DNA from: an uncultured Blautia sp.
Lineage (GTDB): Bacteria > Bacillota > Clostridia > Lachnospirales > Lachnospiraceae
DNA length: 64,000 nucleotides
Assembly: GCA_900539145.1 (NCBI GenBank)
Contig: UQAX01000009.1
Location: 8,035 to 72,034, forward strand
Direction: 5' to 3'
Positions 1-10,700 of this stretch are shown here, piece after piece; the stretch's first letter is position 1; each line of letters opens with the position of its first letter. Under the pieces are notes generated by a model. That model worked only from the letters and a program-made list of their open reading frames with translations, had not been told where the DNA came from and ran no database searches. The position numbers and the translations under genes were made by a program.

Positions 1-819
1 GCCTCTTTCTTCTACACCTTTACTAAGGTTACACATCAGAGATACCTCCTTTTCTAAATTTTGCGTCATTTTTATGTTGAAATCATCATGAAGAATTTCC
101 TCTTTTTCATCGGGTGTTTTTTTGGAACATAGCAGGACGTCTAAAAGCTTTAAAACACCGGTATAATTTTGGCTGTTTGAATTGCCTAAGCAAATTAAAA
201 TAGTAGATAGTAAGTCATAATGTTCCGGTGCTTCAGAAAAGTGTCCTACAAGTTGTTTTTCTGTAATAGAGTATTCTGTAATTGTATTTTCCCATTTTTT
301 TGGTGGATTTGGACAAATCCAAATACTGTATACTTTTTTAATATTCTCATAGTGGGAAGCAGTAAATTCTGTCCCGTATTGTGCGGAAATCATACGACTG
401 CAATAGTATATGCCACGTTTTAAAAGAGGATACCCGGGATAGAAATCGTTTTGTGCTTCTATGTTGAGAATTAAACGGATAAAATCTTTGGATTTCGGTG
501 CTGTCGCCAGAAATCGTATGTCGTATGTAACAGTACCTTCGGTAATGGTTTTATCTTCTGTGCTTAGACCTTTAATCATGGAGTTGGTAACGATATTCGT
601 TTCATCTGGTGTAACGGGAACCTTTGCGATTTGAGGTTCACCCTCGATGTAATTGTCCATAATTTCTTGAATACTGCAATTTCGGTATTCTTTTAGACAA
701 TTCTTCATAATCCATGCAAGAATAACCTTGTCTGAAAGAAGACGCTTGCAAGCGGCATCATAATCAGCATGGCTTCTCGCTGTATGAAGTGTTTTGGATA
801 ACGTTGTTCCGACCTCCAA
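1..819 (-). CDS. Rpn-family PD-(D/E)XK nuclease / putative transposase (TIGR01784-like), partial; C-terminus lies beyond window start
   Basis: The minus-strand frame is open from the window edge to a TTG at 817-819 that follows an AAGGTGGTGA ribosome-binding site. The translation (…LSDKVILAWIMKNCLKEYRNCSIQEIMDNYIEGEPQIAKVPV…MCNLSKGVEERG) matches the conserved Rpn/YhgA-like layout. The ORF track misses it because the gene is truncated and uses a non-ATG start. Confidence 0.6.
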   Translation of the reverse strand, partial: MEVGTTLSKTLHTARSHADYDAACKRLLSDKVILAWIMKNCLKEYRNCSIQEIMDNYIEGEPQIAKVPVTPDETNIVTNSMIKGLSTEDKTITEGTVTYDIRFLATAPKSKDFIRLILNIEAQNDFYPGYPLLKRGIYYCSRMISAQYGTEFTASHYENIKKVYSIWICPNPPKKWENTITEYSITEKQLVGHFSEAPEHYDLLSTILICLGNSNSQNYTGVLKLLDVLLCSKKTPDEKEEILHDDFNIKMTQNLEKEVSLMCNLSKGVEERG

Positions 820-956
820 TAAATCACCACCTTGCTTGTCTTACAATCAGTATAAGACAGCCCATATAGAAATACAAGGGGAAAACAGAAAAATAGAATG
901 ACGGATAACTGTGAGAATGATATAATTTTCAATAACAAAAACAGGAGGTTGTGATT

Positions 957-1379
957 ATGGAATATAGAAAATTTCAAAATAAAATCATTGTGAGAATGGA
1001 TAAGGGCGAGGAAATTTTAGAAAAAGTCCGTGAGGTAGCGGAGAAAGAAAAGATTAAATTGGCAGACATCAGCGCACTGGGAGCGGTCAGTGAATTTACA
1101 GTGGGTGTGTTTGATACAGAGGCAAAAGAATATCATGCCAATGAATTTAAAGGAAGCTTTGAAATAGTTTCTTTAACAGGGACAATCAATACTATGAATG
1201 ATGAATTCTACTGCCATCTTCACATGAGTGCAGGAAATGAAAAAGGGCAGGTGTTTGGGGGACATTTAAACAAAGCAATTATCAGCGCCACATGTGAAAT
1301 GGTTATTACGTTAATAGAGGGCAGAGTAGACAGACGATTTGAGGAAAAAGTGGGATTAAATCTGTTTCAATTTCAGTAA
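957..1379 (+). CDS. PPC (DUF296) domain DNA-binding protein
   Basis: 140-aa ORF. AGGAGG lies 8 nt upstream of ATG 957. The sequence pattern (…FTVGVFDTEAKEYHANEFKGSFEIVSLTGTI…GHLNKAIISATCEMVI) is typical of PPC/DUF296 proteins. Confidence 0.6.
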   Translation: MEYRKFQNKIIVRMDKGEEILEKVREVAEKEKIKLADISALGAVSEFTVGVFDTEAKEYHANEFKGSFEIVSLTGTINTMNDEFYCHLHMSAGNEKGQVFGGHLNKAIISATCEMVITLIEGRVDRRFEEKVGLNLFQFQ

Positions 1380-1452
1380 ATGTGGAAATATTTTTAAAAC
1401 TGTGATACAATACTTGAACAAAGAAACTCAAGGCTAAGGAGGTAGTTGCTTT

Positions 1453-1791
1453 ATGAAAATGATTTTTGCGATTGTACGAAAAGAAGATGAGGGATTTGTA
1501 ATAGAGCGATTAAATAAAGAGAAAATCAGTGTGACAAAGCTTTCCAGTACAGGTGGATTTTTACGTAAAGGAAACGCCACATTGATGATTGGTACAGAGG
1601 ATGAACAGGTAGATACGGTACTTCAGATTATTAAAGAAGAATGTTCCAGACGTCAGGAGGTCATGATGAACCCTGCTTATTCTGCCGGCACAAAAGGTCC
1701 TGTTATGGGATATGCAGCTCCGCCGGTAACCATTGAAGTAGGCGGTGCAACGGTATTTATTGTAAATGTAGAGCAGTTTATTAAATTATAG
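1453..1791 (+). CDS. darA: cyclic-di-AMP receptor protein DarA (YaaQ/PII-like)
   Basis: 112 aa. It aligns closely with B. subtilis DarA motifs (TKLSSTGGFLRKGNATLMIGTEDEQVD … GGATVFIVNVEQF). GGAGG ribosome-binding site upstream. Confidence 0.75.
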   Translation: MKMIFAIVRKEDEGFVIERLNKEKISVTKLSSTGGFLRKGNATLMIGTEDEQVDTVLQIIKEECSRRQEVMMNPAYSAGTKGPVMGYAAPPVTIEVGGATVFIVNVEQFIKL

Positions 1792-1823
1792 AGAAAAATA
1801 GAATAGGCATAGGAGAAAATAAT

Positions 1824-2276
1824 ATGTTAGAAATCGGTACAAAGGCGCCGGATTTTTCATTGCCGGACCAGAACGGAGAAATTCATAGTCTGGAAGAATA
1901 TAAAGGAAAAAAAGTAATTTTATATTTTTATCCAAGAGACAATACCGCAGGCTGTACAACGCAGGCTTGTGGTTTTGCCGAGCGATATCCTCAGTTCTTA
2001 GAAAAAAACGCTGTGGTTTTAGGGGTAAGCAAGGACAGTGTTGCTTCACATAAAAAATTTGAGGAAAAGTATGAGCTTCCTTTTACATTGTTATCTGATA
2101 CGGAATTATCCTGTATTCAGGCTTATGATGTATGGAAAGAGAAAAATAATTACGGAAAGAAGACTATGGGTGTGGTTCGCACCACCTATTTAATTGACGA
2201 GCAGGGAATAATCGTAAAAGCTTTCGGAAAAGTGAAAGCAGCAGATAATCCTGCACAGATGTTAGAGGAATTATAG
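1824..2276 (+). CDS. bcp: thioredoxin-dependent thiol peroxidase (peroxiredoxin Q/Bcp)
   Basis: 150 aa. The sequence FYPRDNTAGCTTQACGF contains the peroxidatic-Cys motif, and the AhpC/TSA fold is evident. GGAGAA ribosome-binding site. Confidence 0.85.
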   Translation: MLEIGTKAPDFSLPDQNGEIHSLEEYKGKKVILYFYPRDNTAGCTTQACGFAERYPQFLEKNAVVLGVSKDSVASHKKFEEKYELPFTLLSDTELSCIQAYDVWKEKNNYGKKTMGVVRTTYLIDEQGIIVKAFGKVKAADNPAQMLEEL

Positions 2277-2284
2277 GATTATTT

Positions 2285-3025
2285 ATGAAGATTATTATTT
2301 CACCGGCAAAGAAAATGAATGTAGATACAGACTGTCTGCCGATACAGGGGCTGCCAAAGTTTTTACCGGAGGCAGAAAGCTTATGTGAGAAAATCAGGGG
2401 ATATACTTACGAGGAGCAGAAAGCATTGTGGAAATGCAATGACAAAATCGCAAGACTAAACGCAGAGCGTTTTCGTGATATGAATTTGAAGACAGGTCTT
2501 ACACCGGCAATCCTGTCCTACGAGGGCTTGCAGTATCAGCACATAGCGCCACAGGTTTTCACAGAAAAAGAGCTGACCTATATTCAGGAGCATTTGTGTA
2601 TTTTATCGGGATTTTACGGGGTGTTAAAGCCTTTTGACGGAGTGACACCTTATCGTTTGGAAATGGGAACCAAGCTGGAAACAGAAGGGTGCAAAGATTT
2701 ATATGAGTTCTGGGGAGATAAGTTGTATCAAGAAGTAATAAAGGACGACGGAATTGTCATTAATCTGGCATCTAAAGAATACTCTCAAAGCATTTCCAAA
2801 TATATTTTGCCAAAGGAGCGCTTCATTACGGTAGAATTTGGAGAAGTTCATAATGGAAAGGTAAAGCAGAAAGGGACTTTTTCAAAGATGGCGAGAGGCG
2901 AGATGGTTCGTTATATGGCGGAAAATCAGATAGAAGATATTGAAAAAATAAAAGAGTTTCATGTTATGGGACTGCAGTATGCAGAAGAGTTTTCAAATGA
3001 AAATAAAATGGTATTTACTGTATAA
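2285..3025 (+). CDS. yaaA: peroxide stress protein YaaA (UPF0246/DUF328)
   Basis: 246 aa. It starts MKIIISPAKKM, which is the canonical YaaA N-terminus, and the length matches the family. Confidence 0.8.
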   Translation: MKIIISPAKKMNVDTDCLPIQGLPKFLPEAESLCEKIRGYTYEEQKALWKCNDKIARLNAERFRDMNLKTGLTPAILSYEGLQYQHIAPQVFTEKELTYIQEHLCILSGFYGVLKPFDGVTPYRLEMGTKLETEGCKDLYEFWGDKLYQEVIKDDGIVINLASKEYSQSISKYILPKERFITVEFGEVHNGKVKQKGTFSKMARGEMVRYMAENQIEDIEKIKEFHVMGLQYAEEFSNENKMVFTV

Positions 3026-3047
3026 AAATGATATTGGGAGCATAAAA

Positions 3048-3100
3048 ATACCGACAATCTACGGACAGTAAAATGTCTGAAAGATTGTCGGTGTTTTATT
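3048..3100. terminator. bidirectional rho-independent terminator between convergent yaaA and ilvE
   Basis: An 11-bp stem (accgacaatct / agattgtcggt) is flanked by T-runs on both strands. Confidence 0.7.
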
Positions 3101-4124
3101 ATTCTATTACATAAATCCAGTCCTTCGGAGCTTCAATAGTTCCCATCTGAATTCCTGTAAGGGTATTGTATAACTGTTTTGTCACTTCGCCCATGGCTTC
3201 CATGCCGCTTGGGAAACAGATTTCTTTTCCGTGGTCTACGATTTTGCCTACTGGAGAGATTACAGCGGCAGTTCCGCAAAGACCGCACTCTGCAAAGTCC
3301 TGAAGCTCATCCAGATAAACTTCTCTTTCTTCTGCTTCCAGTCCCAGATAATCTTTTGCAACCTGTAAAAGGGAACGGCGTGTAATAGAAGGAAGAATAC
3401 TGTTGGATTTCGGTGTGACTACTTTTTTGTCCTTTGTGATAAAGATAAAGTTTGCACCACCGGTTTCTTCTACTTTTGTTCTTGTTGCTGCATCTAAGTA
3501 TAGGTTTTCATCATAACCTTCTTTATGTGCATCTACAATAGCATGCATACTCATGGCATAGTTCAGTCCTGCTTTAATGTGTCCTGTTCCACAAGGAGCA
3601 GCTCTGTCAAAATCGCTGACTCTTAAAGTGAGTGGCTTTACACCACCTTTAAAGTAGGGGCCTACCGGTGTGGTAAATACACGGAACTGATATTCATCTG
3701 CTGGTTTTACGCCGATAACAGGATTTGCTCCAAACATATATGGTCGGATATACAGAGAAGCACCGGAACCATAAGGAGGAACAAAAGCAGAATTTGCTTT
3801 TACTGTTTTAGCCACTGCATCGAGAAATCTTTCAGCAGGAAATGGCGGCATTTCCAGTCGGTTTGCTGAGTCCACCATACGCTGGGCATTTAAGTCAGGG
3901 CGGAAGGTTACTATCTTTCCATCCTTTGTGGTATATGCTTTTAAGCCTTCAAAGACAGTTTGTGCATATTGCAGCACACCTGCACATTCATTAATAACTA
4001 CATTGGCATCTGTTGTCAAAGTGCCTTCGTCCCATTTCCCCTCTTTGAAATTGGATACATAACGGTAGTCTGTCTGCATATAACCAAATCCAAGATTTTT
4101 CCAATCAATATTCTTTTTATCCAT
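3099..4124 (-). CDS. ilvE: branched-chain amino acid aminotransferase
   Basis: 341 aa class-IV aminotransferase (…QTVFEGLKAYTTKDGKIVTFRPDLNAQRM…). I chose the start at the second ATG because GGAGGA lies 5 nt upstream of it. Confidence 0.85.
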   Translation of the reverse strand: MDKKNIDWKNLGFGYMQTDYRYVSNFKEGKWDEGTLTTDANVVINECAGVLQYAQTVFEGLKAYTTKDGKIVTFRPDLNAQRMVDSANRLEMPPFPAERFLDAVAKTVKANSAFVPPYGSGASLYIRPYMFGANPVIGVKPADEYQFRVFTTPVGPYFKGGVKPLTLRVSDFDRAAPCGTGHIKAGLNYAMSMHAIVDAHKEGYDENLYLDAATRTKVEETGGANFIFITKDKKVVTPKSNSILPSITRRSLLQVAKDYLGLEAEEREVYLDELQDFAECGLCGTAAVISPVGKIVDHGKEICFPSGMEAMGEVTKQLYNTLTGIQMGTIEAPKDWIYVIE

Positions 4125-4310
4125 TTTCATCCTCCATTCTGCTGCATAGCTGAGCGAAAACAGCTTTTATGTAATTTTTTAACATTATAAAACTTTAACG
4201 TGTGAATTGCAAGAGATGTTCCGTTGCTTTTTTACAATCTTTCATATATAATTTAAGGAAACAGTAATCACAGGTTGGTAAATTGGACTGTTAGAATAGG
4301 AGTGAATGAC

Positions 4311-5504
4311 ATGCCGGTGAATGATTGGAATAATCTGGGGAGAGATGTAAAGGACATTGTGCAGCACGCAATTAACAGCGGAGATTTCAGTGCGCTAAAC
4401 AGAGACTTAGGTGCGACTCTTGACAGCGCCCTTGGAAATGTTGCACAGAGTATGAAAAGAGCGGGAAATGCTTACAGCAATAAGTATAGTTACAGACCTT
4501 TTGGGGGCTATCGAAGTCCTTCTCAAAAGGAACGAATGAAGGAAGCCAGAGAAGAATTTGCCTTATTTGTCAATACAAACGGAGCAAAGGCATTGGGACT
4601 TCTTTTTACAACATTGGGAATTGCCCTTACTATTATGTTTGGCGTAACAGCGGGAATATTGGGGATTTTATCTCTTTTTATAGGAAGCATTGCTTCTAAA
4701 ATCGGTACGGTAATGATGATTTTCCTGCCGGCTATGGGACTTAGCGCTATTATGGGTATCTGCGGAAACCGTTTGCGAAAGAAAATTAAAAGATTTCGTT
4801 CTTATGTAAAAACTTTAAACGGAAAACCTTATGCAAATGTAAAGGATTTGGCAAAAAGCGTCAGAAAATCAGAAAAGTTTGTACGTAAGGATTTAAAGAA
4901 AATGATTGACAAACGAATGTTTTTGGAAGGTCATCTGGATAAAAACGGCGTGTGTTTTATGGCGACAGACGATGCTTATGAGCAGTATTTAGAGACAGAA
5001 CGAAACATGGAGGAAAGAAAAGCAGAAGAAGCAAGAAGACCGAAAACACAGCTTTCCGAGGATGTGCAAAAGGTTATTGAGGAGGGCAATCGTTATATCG
5101 AAGAAATCAGAAGAAGCAACGATGCCATTCCGGGAGTGGAGATTTCCAATAAAATGTATCATCTGGAAAATGTAATCCGGAGAATTTTCCAGAGGGTAGA
5201 AAAGCATCCGGAGCTTATCAACGATTTACATAAGTTTATGGATTATTATCTTCCGACTACCATGAAGCTTTTGAATGCTTATGAGGAATTGGATAAGCAG
5301 GATATGCAGGGAGAAAATATTAAAACAGCAAAATCAGAAATCGAAAATACATTAGATACCATTAACGTTGCTTTTGAAAATCTGCTGGACAGCTTTTATA
5401 AAGAAACCGCATGGGACGTATCATCGGATATATCTGTTTTAAAGACCATGTTTGCCCAGGAGGGACTGACAGAAAAAAATAATTTTCAGGGAAAGGATAA
5501 TTAA
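4311..5504 (+). CDS. XpaC-like (5-bromo-4-chloroindolyl phosphate hydrolysis protein family) membrane protein
   Basis: About 398 aa with central transmembrane helices and a C-terminal helical domain. It sits immediately upstream of a TelA-family gene, as in B. subtilis xpaC-yaaN. I preferred ATG 4311 with GGAG 8 nt upstream over the upstream TTG; the family assignment is from memory. Confidence 0.5.
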   Translation: MPVNDWNNLGRDVKDIVQHAINSGDFSALNRDLGATLDSALGNVAQSMKRAGNAYSNKYSYRPFGGYRSPSQKERMKEAREEFALFVNTNGAKALGLLFTTLGIALTIMFGVTAGILGILSLFIGSIASKIGTVMMIFLPAMGLSAIMGICGNRLRKKIKRFRSYVKTLNGKPYANVKDLAKSVRKSEKFVRKDLKKMIDKRMFLEGHLDKNGVCFMATDDAYEQYLETERNMEERKAEEARRPKTQLSEDVQKVIEEGNRYIEEIRRSNDAIPGVEISNKMYHLENVIRRIFQRVEKHPELINDLHKFMDYYLPTTMKLLNAYEELDKQDMQGENIKTAKSEIENTLDTINVAFENLLDSFYKETAWDVSSDISVLKTMFAQEGLTEKNNFQGKDN

Positions 5505-5507
5505 ATT

Positions 5508-6650
5508 ATGAGTGATGAATTAAAAGATTTTACAGTGACACCTACCCTTACCTTTGAGCCTTTGCAGGAACAGGCTCCTGTGGCAGAGGTGAAGAAAGAA
5601 GAACCGGCAAAGCCTGAGATGGACGACAGTATTTTATCTGAGGAAGAAAGAAAAATCGTAGATGATTTTGCACGTCAGATTGACATTCGAAATTCAGCGG
5701 CAATTTTGCAGTACGGAGCAGGAACACAGAAGAAAATGGCTGATTTTTCAGAGGATGCTCTTGAAAAGGTGCGCACAAAGGATTTAGGCGAAGTAGGGGA
5801 TTTGCTGGAAAATGTGGTGACAGAATTAAAGAATTTCGATGCGGAAGAAGAACGCAAAGGAATTATGGGCTTTTTCAAAAAGGGTGCAAATAAACTGGAA
5901 GCCATGAAGAACAAATATTCCAAAGCAGAAGCAAATGTAAATAAAATTGTGGAAACTTTGGAAAAACATCAGATACAGCTGATGAAGGATGCGGCAATTA
6001 TGGATAAAATGTACGCATTAAATTTAAACTATTTTAAAGAGCTGTCTATGTATATTTTGGCCGGAAAGAAGAAATTGGAAGAAATCCGTTCCACAGAGCT
6101 GCCTCAGCTTATGGCAAAAGCACAGGCAAGCGGTCTTCCGGAGGATGCGCAGGCTGCAAAGGATTTGGACTCTCTGTGCGAACGTTTTGAAAAGAAAATT
6201 CATGATTTGGAGCTGACACGTATGATTGCCGTACAGACAGCGCCGCAAATCCGTCTGGTACAGGGAAATGATACGTTAATGGCAGAAAAAATCCAGTCTA
6301 CCATTGTCAATACCATTCCTCTTTGGAAAAGTCAGATGGTAATTGCTCTTGGCGTGGCACATTCCACAGAGGCCGCAAAGGCGCAGAGAGAAGTAACAGA
6401 TATGACAAATGCTCTTTTACAGAAGAATGCTCAGACTTTAAAAATGGCTACCATAGAAGCTGCAAAAGAGTCTGAAAGAGGAATTGTAGATATTGAAACA
6501 TTACAGAAAACAAACGAGTCCTTAATCAGCACCTTTGATGAAGTTATGAATATTCAGCGGGAAGGCAGAGAAAAGAGACGTGCAGCAGAGGCAGAAATAT
6601 ATCGTCTGGAAGGTGAATTGAAACAGAAACTTTTACAGATTAATCATTAA
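5508..6650 (+). CDS. telA: toxic anion resistance protein TelA family (YaaN-like)
   Basis: 380 aa helical protein with the TelA signature layout (…NLNYFKELSMYILAGKKKLEEI…LTRMIAVQTAPQIRLVQ…). It lies 3 nt downstream of the xpaC-like gene. Confidence 0.75.
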   Translation: MSDELKDFTVTPTLTFEPLQEQAPVAEVKKEEPAKPEMDDSILSEEERKIVDDFARQIDIRNSAAILQYGAGTQKKMADFSEDALEKVRTKDLGEVGDLLENVVTELKNFDAEEERKGIMGFFKKGANKLEAMKNKYSKAEANVNKIVETLEKHQIQLMKDAAIMDKMYALNLNYFKELSMYILAGKKKLEEIRSTELPQLMAKAQASGLPEDAQAAKDLDSLCERFEKKIHDLELTRMIAVQTAPQIRLVQGNDTLMAEKIQSTIVNTIPLWKSQMVIALGVAHSTEAAKAQREVTDMTNALLQKNAQTLKMATIEAAKESERGIVDIETLQKTNESLISTFDEVMNIQREGREKRRAAEAEIYRLEGELKQKLLQINH

Positions 6651-6664
6651 TTGGAGGTGTCTTT

Positions 6665-7717
6665 ATGTATCGTGAGCATACAAAGGTTGTGCAGATTGGG
6701 GATAAGAAAATCGGTGGGGGAAATCCCATTTTAATACAGTCCATGACCAATACAAGAACAGAAGATGTAGAGGCAACCGTACAGCAGATATTGGCGCTGG
6801 AGGCAGCAGGATGTGAGATTGTCAGATGTACCGTGCCTACCTTAGAGGCAGCAGAGGCATTAAAAGAGATTAAAAAAAGAATTCACATTCCGCTGGTGGC
6901 AGACATTCATTTTGACTATAAAATGGCCATTGCCGCTATGGAAAACGGAGCGGATAAAATTCGTATTAATCCGGGAAATATCGGCAGCATTGACAAAATA
7001 AAAGCAGTGGTAGACGTTGCAAAAGAGAGAAATGTTCCTATTCGTGTAGGTGTAAACAGTGGTTCCTTGGAGAAAGAGCTGGTGGAAAAATATCACGGTG
7101 TCACTGCTGAAGGACTGGTAGAAAGTGCCCTTGATAAAGTGAGAATTATTGAAGATTTAGGGTATGATAATCTTGTAATCAGCATTAAATCCTCTGATGT
7201 AATGATGTGTGTAAAGGCACATGAATTGCTGGCAGAACAGACCAATTATCCCCTGCATGTAGGCATTACGGAGGCAGGGACTTTATATTCCGGAAATATT
7301 AAATCAGCCGTAGGTTTGGGGATTATCTTATATCAGGGAATTGGAGATACTATTCGTGTGTCCCTGACCGGCGACCCGGTAGAGGAAATCAAATCAGCAA
7401 AGAGAATTTTAAAGACCTTAAATCTCAAAAAAGGCGGAATTGAAGTGGTATCCTGTCCAACCTGCGGAAGAACGAAGATTGATTTAATCGGACTGGCAAA
7501 TCAGGTGGAAACTATGGTGCAGGAATTTCCTCTGGATATTAAGGTTGCCGTTATGGGCTGTGTAGTAAATGGTCCCGGAGAAGCAAAAGAAGCAGATATC
7601 GGCATTGCGGGAGGTAAGGGAGAAGGTCTTCTGATTAAAAAAGGAGAAATCGTGAAAAAAGTTCCTGAGGCAGAGCTTTTATCTGTGCTTCGGGAAGAAC
7701 TTGAAAACTGGAAATAA
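6665..7717 (+). CDS. ispG: 4-hydroxy-3-methylbut-2-en-1-yl diphosphate synthase (flavodoxin)
   Basis: 350 aa GcpE family protein with the C-terminal Fe-S motif (…VVSCPTCGRT…GCVVNGPGEAKEADIGIAGG). GGAGGTG ribosome-binding site. Confidence 0.9.
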   Translation: MYREHTKVVQIGDKKIGGGNPILIQSMTNTRTEDVEATVQQILALEAAGCEIVRCTVPTLEAAEALKEIKKRIHIPLVADIHFDYKMAIAAMENGADKIRINPGNIGSIDKIKAVVDVAKERNVPIRVGVNSGSLEKELVEKYHGVTAEGLVESALDKVRIIEDLGYDNLVISIKSSDVMMCVKAHELLAEQTNYPLHVGITEAGTLYSGNIKSAVGLGIILYQGIGDTIRVSLTGDPVEEIKSAKRILKTLNLKKGGIEVVSCPTCGRTKIDLIGLANQVETMVQEFPLDIKVAVMGCVVNGPGEAKEADIGIAGGKGEGLLIKKGEIVKKVPEAELLSVLREELENWK

Positions 7718-7735
7718 GTATGGAGGCATTGTTTC

Positions 7736-10700
7736 ATGGAGAAAGAATTTCTGGATGTGTTTCGAAATCTGGAAGTAGGTGAGGAGCTTCGTGCGCTTTT
7801 AAAGGAAGTGGCGGTTACGAAGATTGCCGTTAATCCGCAGAAGGACCGTATCCGAATTTATATCCGCAGCCGCCAATGGATACATAAAAAGTATATTTAT
7901 ACCTTGGAAAGAGCAGTTTCGCAGCAGTGCTTTCCGGGGGTGAGCATGGAGGTAAAGGTGCTGGAAAGGTTTACCCTTTCCAGTCAGTATACCCCTCAGT
8001 TATTCTTTGAGGCGTACCAATCGTCCATGGCTCTGGAGCTTAAAAATTACAGCATTCTGGTCTTTAATATGTTCCGGAATGCTGTAATTACGTTTCCGCA
8101 GACAGATACCATGCACATACTTTTACAATCCACAGTGTTGGCGAAAAGCAAGGAAGATGAATTGGTACAGTATATAGAAAAAATCTTTTGTGAAAGATGT
8201 GAGTTTTCTTTAAAAGTAGAGACAGAATATGAGGAAATAAAGGAAAGTAAATTCCGCAAAAACAGCGATATCCGTATTGCGCAGGAAGCGGCTCATATTG
8301 TAGAAATGTCTTCTCTCGGAAAAGAAAAAGAGGAACTTGAGGAGATAAAAGAAGAACCGAAGAAAGCTCCTGTAAAACAAAAGGAAAAAGAAAAGGCAAA
8401 AACGGAGAAGAAAGAAGCGCCTGCAAAACGTGGATTTTCTGACTTTAAACGCAGTGTAAAACGTTCTGACAATCCTGATGTACTGTATGGAAGGGACTTT
8501 GATGACGAAGTAATTCCATTGGAAAACGTGCAGACAGAAATGGGAGAGGTCTGTGTCAGAGGAAAGATTATGTCTTTGGAAAAGAGAGAAATCCGAAACG
8601 AAAAAACGATTATTATCTTTTCGATTACCGATTTTACAGACTCCATTACCGTAAAAATGTTTGCCAGAAACGACCAGGTAGAGGAGATTACAGAGGGCGT
8701 TAAGGAAAAAGCATTTGTAAAGTTGAAAGGAATTACCACCATTGACCGATACGACAGTGAGCTTACCATAGGCTCTGTGGTGGGAATTAAGAAGATTGCC
8801 AGCTTTGAAAACAGTCGTTCCGATAATTATCCGGAGAAGCGTGTGGAGCTTCACTGCCATACAAAAATGAGTGATATGGACGGAGTATCCGATGCAAAAG
8901 CTTTGATTAAACGTGCTTATGAGTGGGGGCATAAAGCTATCGCCATTACCGACCACGGGGTTGTGCAGGCATTTCCTGAGGCGAACCATTGCTTTGACTC
9001 ATGGGGAGGCGTCGTTCCTCCAGAGGCGGATTTCAAGGTGATTTATGGTGTGGAAGCTTACCTTGTAGATGATTTAAAAGGAATTGTGCAAAACAGCAAA
9101 GGGCAGAGCTTACATGCGCCTTATGTTGTATTTGATATAGAAACCACAGGATTTTCCGCTTTAAAAGATAAGATTATTGAAATCGGTGCGGTGAAGGTGG
9201 AAAACGGAAGAATTACAGAGCGCTTTTCAGAATTTGTAAATCCTCAAATTCCTATACCTTTTCGCATTGAGGAGCTGACCAGTATCAACGACAATATGGT
9301 AGCAGATGCGCCTACCATTGATGTTATTTTGCCTAAATTTGAAAAATTCTGTGAGGGCTGTGTTATGGTAGCACATAATGCAGAGTTTGATATGAGCTTT
9401 ATCCGGAAGAATTATGAGGATTTAGGTATTGAAAGAGAAGATACGGTAGTGGATACTGTGGGTATGGCAAGATTTCTCCTGCCCCAGCTTAACCGCTTTA
9501 AGCTGGATACGGTAGCAAAGGCAGTGGGAGTTTCCTTAGAGCATCACCACAGAGCAGTAGATGATGCTTCCTGTACAGCTGATATTTTTGTAAAGTTTAT
9601 TCAGATGTGTGAGGAAAGAGATATTTTTAATCTGGACGAATTAAATGAAAAGGGAACAGTTTCTGTTCATTCCATACAGAAAATGCCCACCTATCATGCC
9701 ATTATTCTGGCAAAAAATGATGTGGGAAGGGTAAATCTGTATCATTTGATTTCAGACTCCCATTTGATTTATTACCATAGACGTCCCCGTATTCCAAAGA
9801 GCCTGTTTTTGAAATATCAGGAGGGACTTCTTATCGGCTCTGCCTGCGAAGCAGGAGAGATTTATCAGGCTGTTTTGAATGGAAGACCGGAGCAGGAAAT
9901 TGCCCGTCTGGTGAATTTCTATGATTATCTGGAAATCCAGCCTCTGGGCAACAACGCCTTCATGTTAAAGAATGAAGACCGCTCGGATATTACTTCATGG
10001 GAAGATTTGCAGGAAATCAATAAGAAGATTGTAAAGCTGGGCGAGGCATTTAACAAACCCGTAGTTGGTACTTGTGATGTGCATTTTCTGGATCCGGAAG
10101 ATGAGGTGTATCGAAGGATTATTATGGCGGGAAAAGGTTTTGATGATGCAGATGATCAAGCTCCTTTATACCTTCGTACAACAGAGGAAATGTTAAAGGA
10201 ATTTTCTTATTTGGGAAGGGAAAAAGCAGAAGAAATCGTGATTACCAACCCCAATAAAATCGCAGATATGGTAGAGAAAATATCGCCTATTCACAAGGGA
10301 AAATGTCCTCCTGTTATTGAAAATTCCGATGCTATGTTAAGGGAAATCTGTTACAGTAAAGCCCATGAAATCTACGGAGAAAACCTGCCGGAAATGGTAG
10401 AAGCACGCTTGGAAAGAGAGCTGAATTCCATTATTTCCAATGGGTATGCCGTTATGTATATGATTGCCCAGAAGCTGGTTTGGAAAAGTAACAGTGACGG
10501 ATATTTGGTAGGTTCCCGTGGTTCTGTTGGTTCTTCCTTTGCAGCCACCATGTCGGGAATTACAGAGGTAAATCCTCTAAGTCCGCATTACTATTGTGCA
10601 AAATGTCACTACGCAGATTTCGACTCAGAGGAGGTGCGGGCATATTCGGGAAGGGCAGGGTGCGATATGCCGGATAAGAAATGTCCCGTATGCGGAGAGC

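Noticed and set aside
8088-8989. Several 100-260 aa minus-strand ORFs inside polC (and similar antisense ORFs inside other large genes)
   Set aside because: They are antisense to a confidently identified essential gene. Their F/L/S-rich translations are mirror images of the Lys/Glu-rich coding strand.
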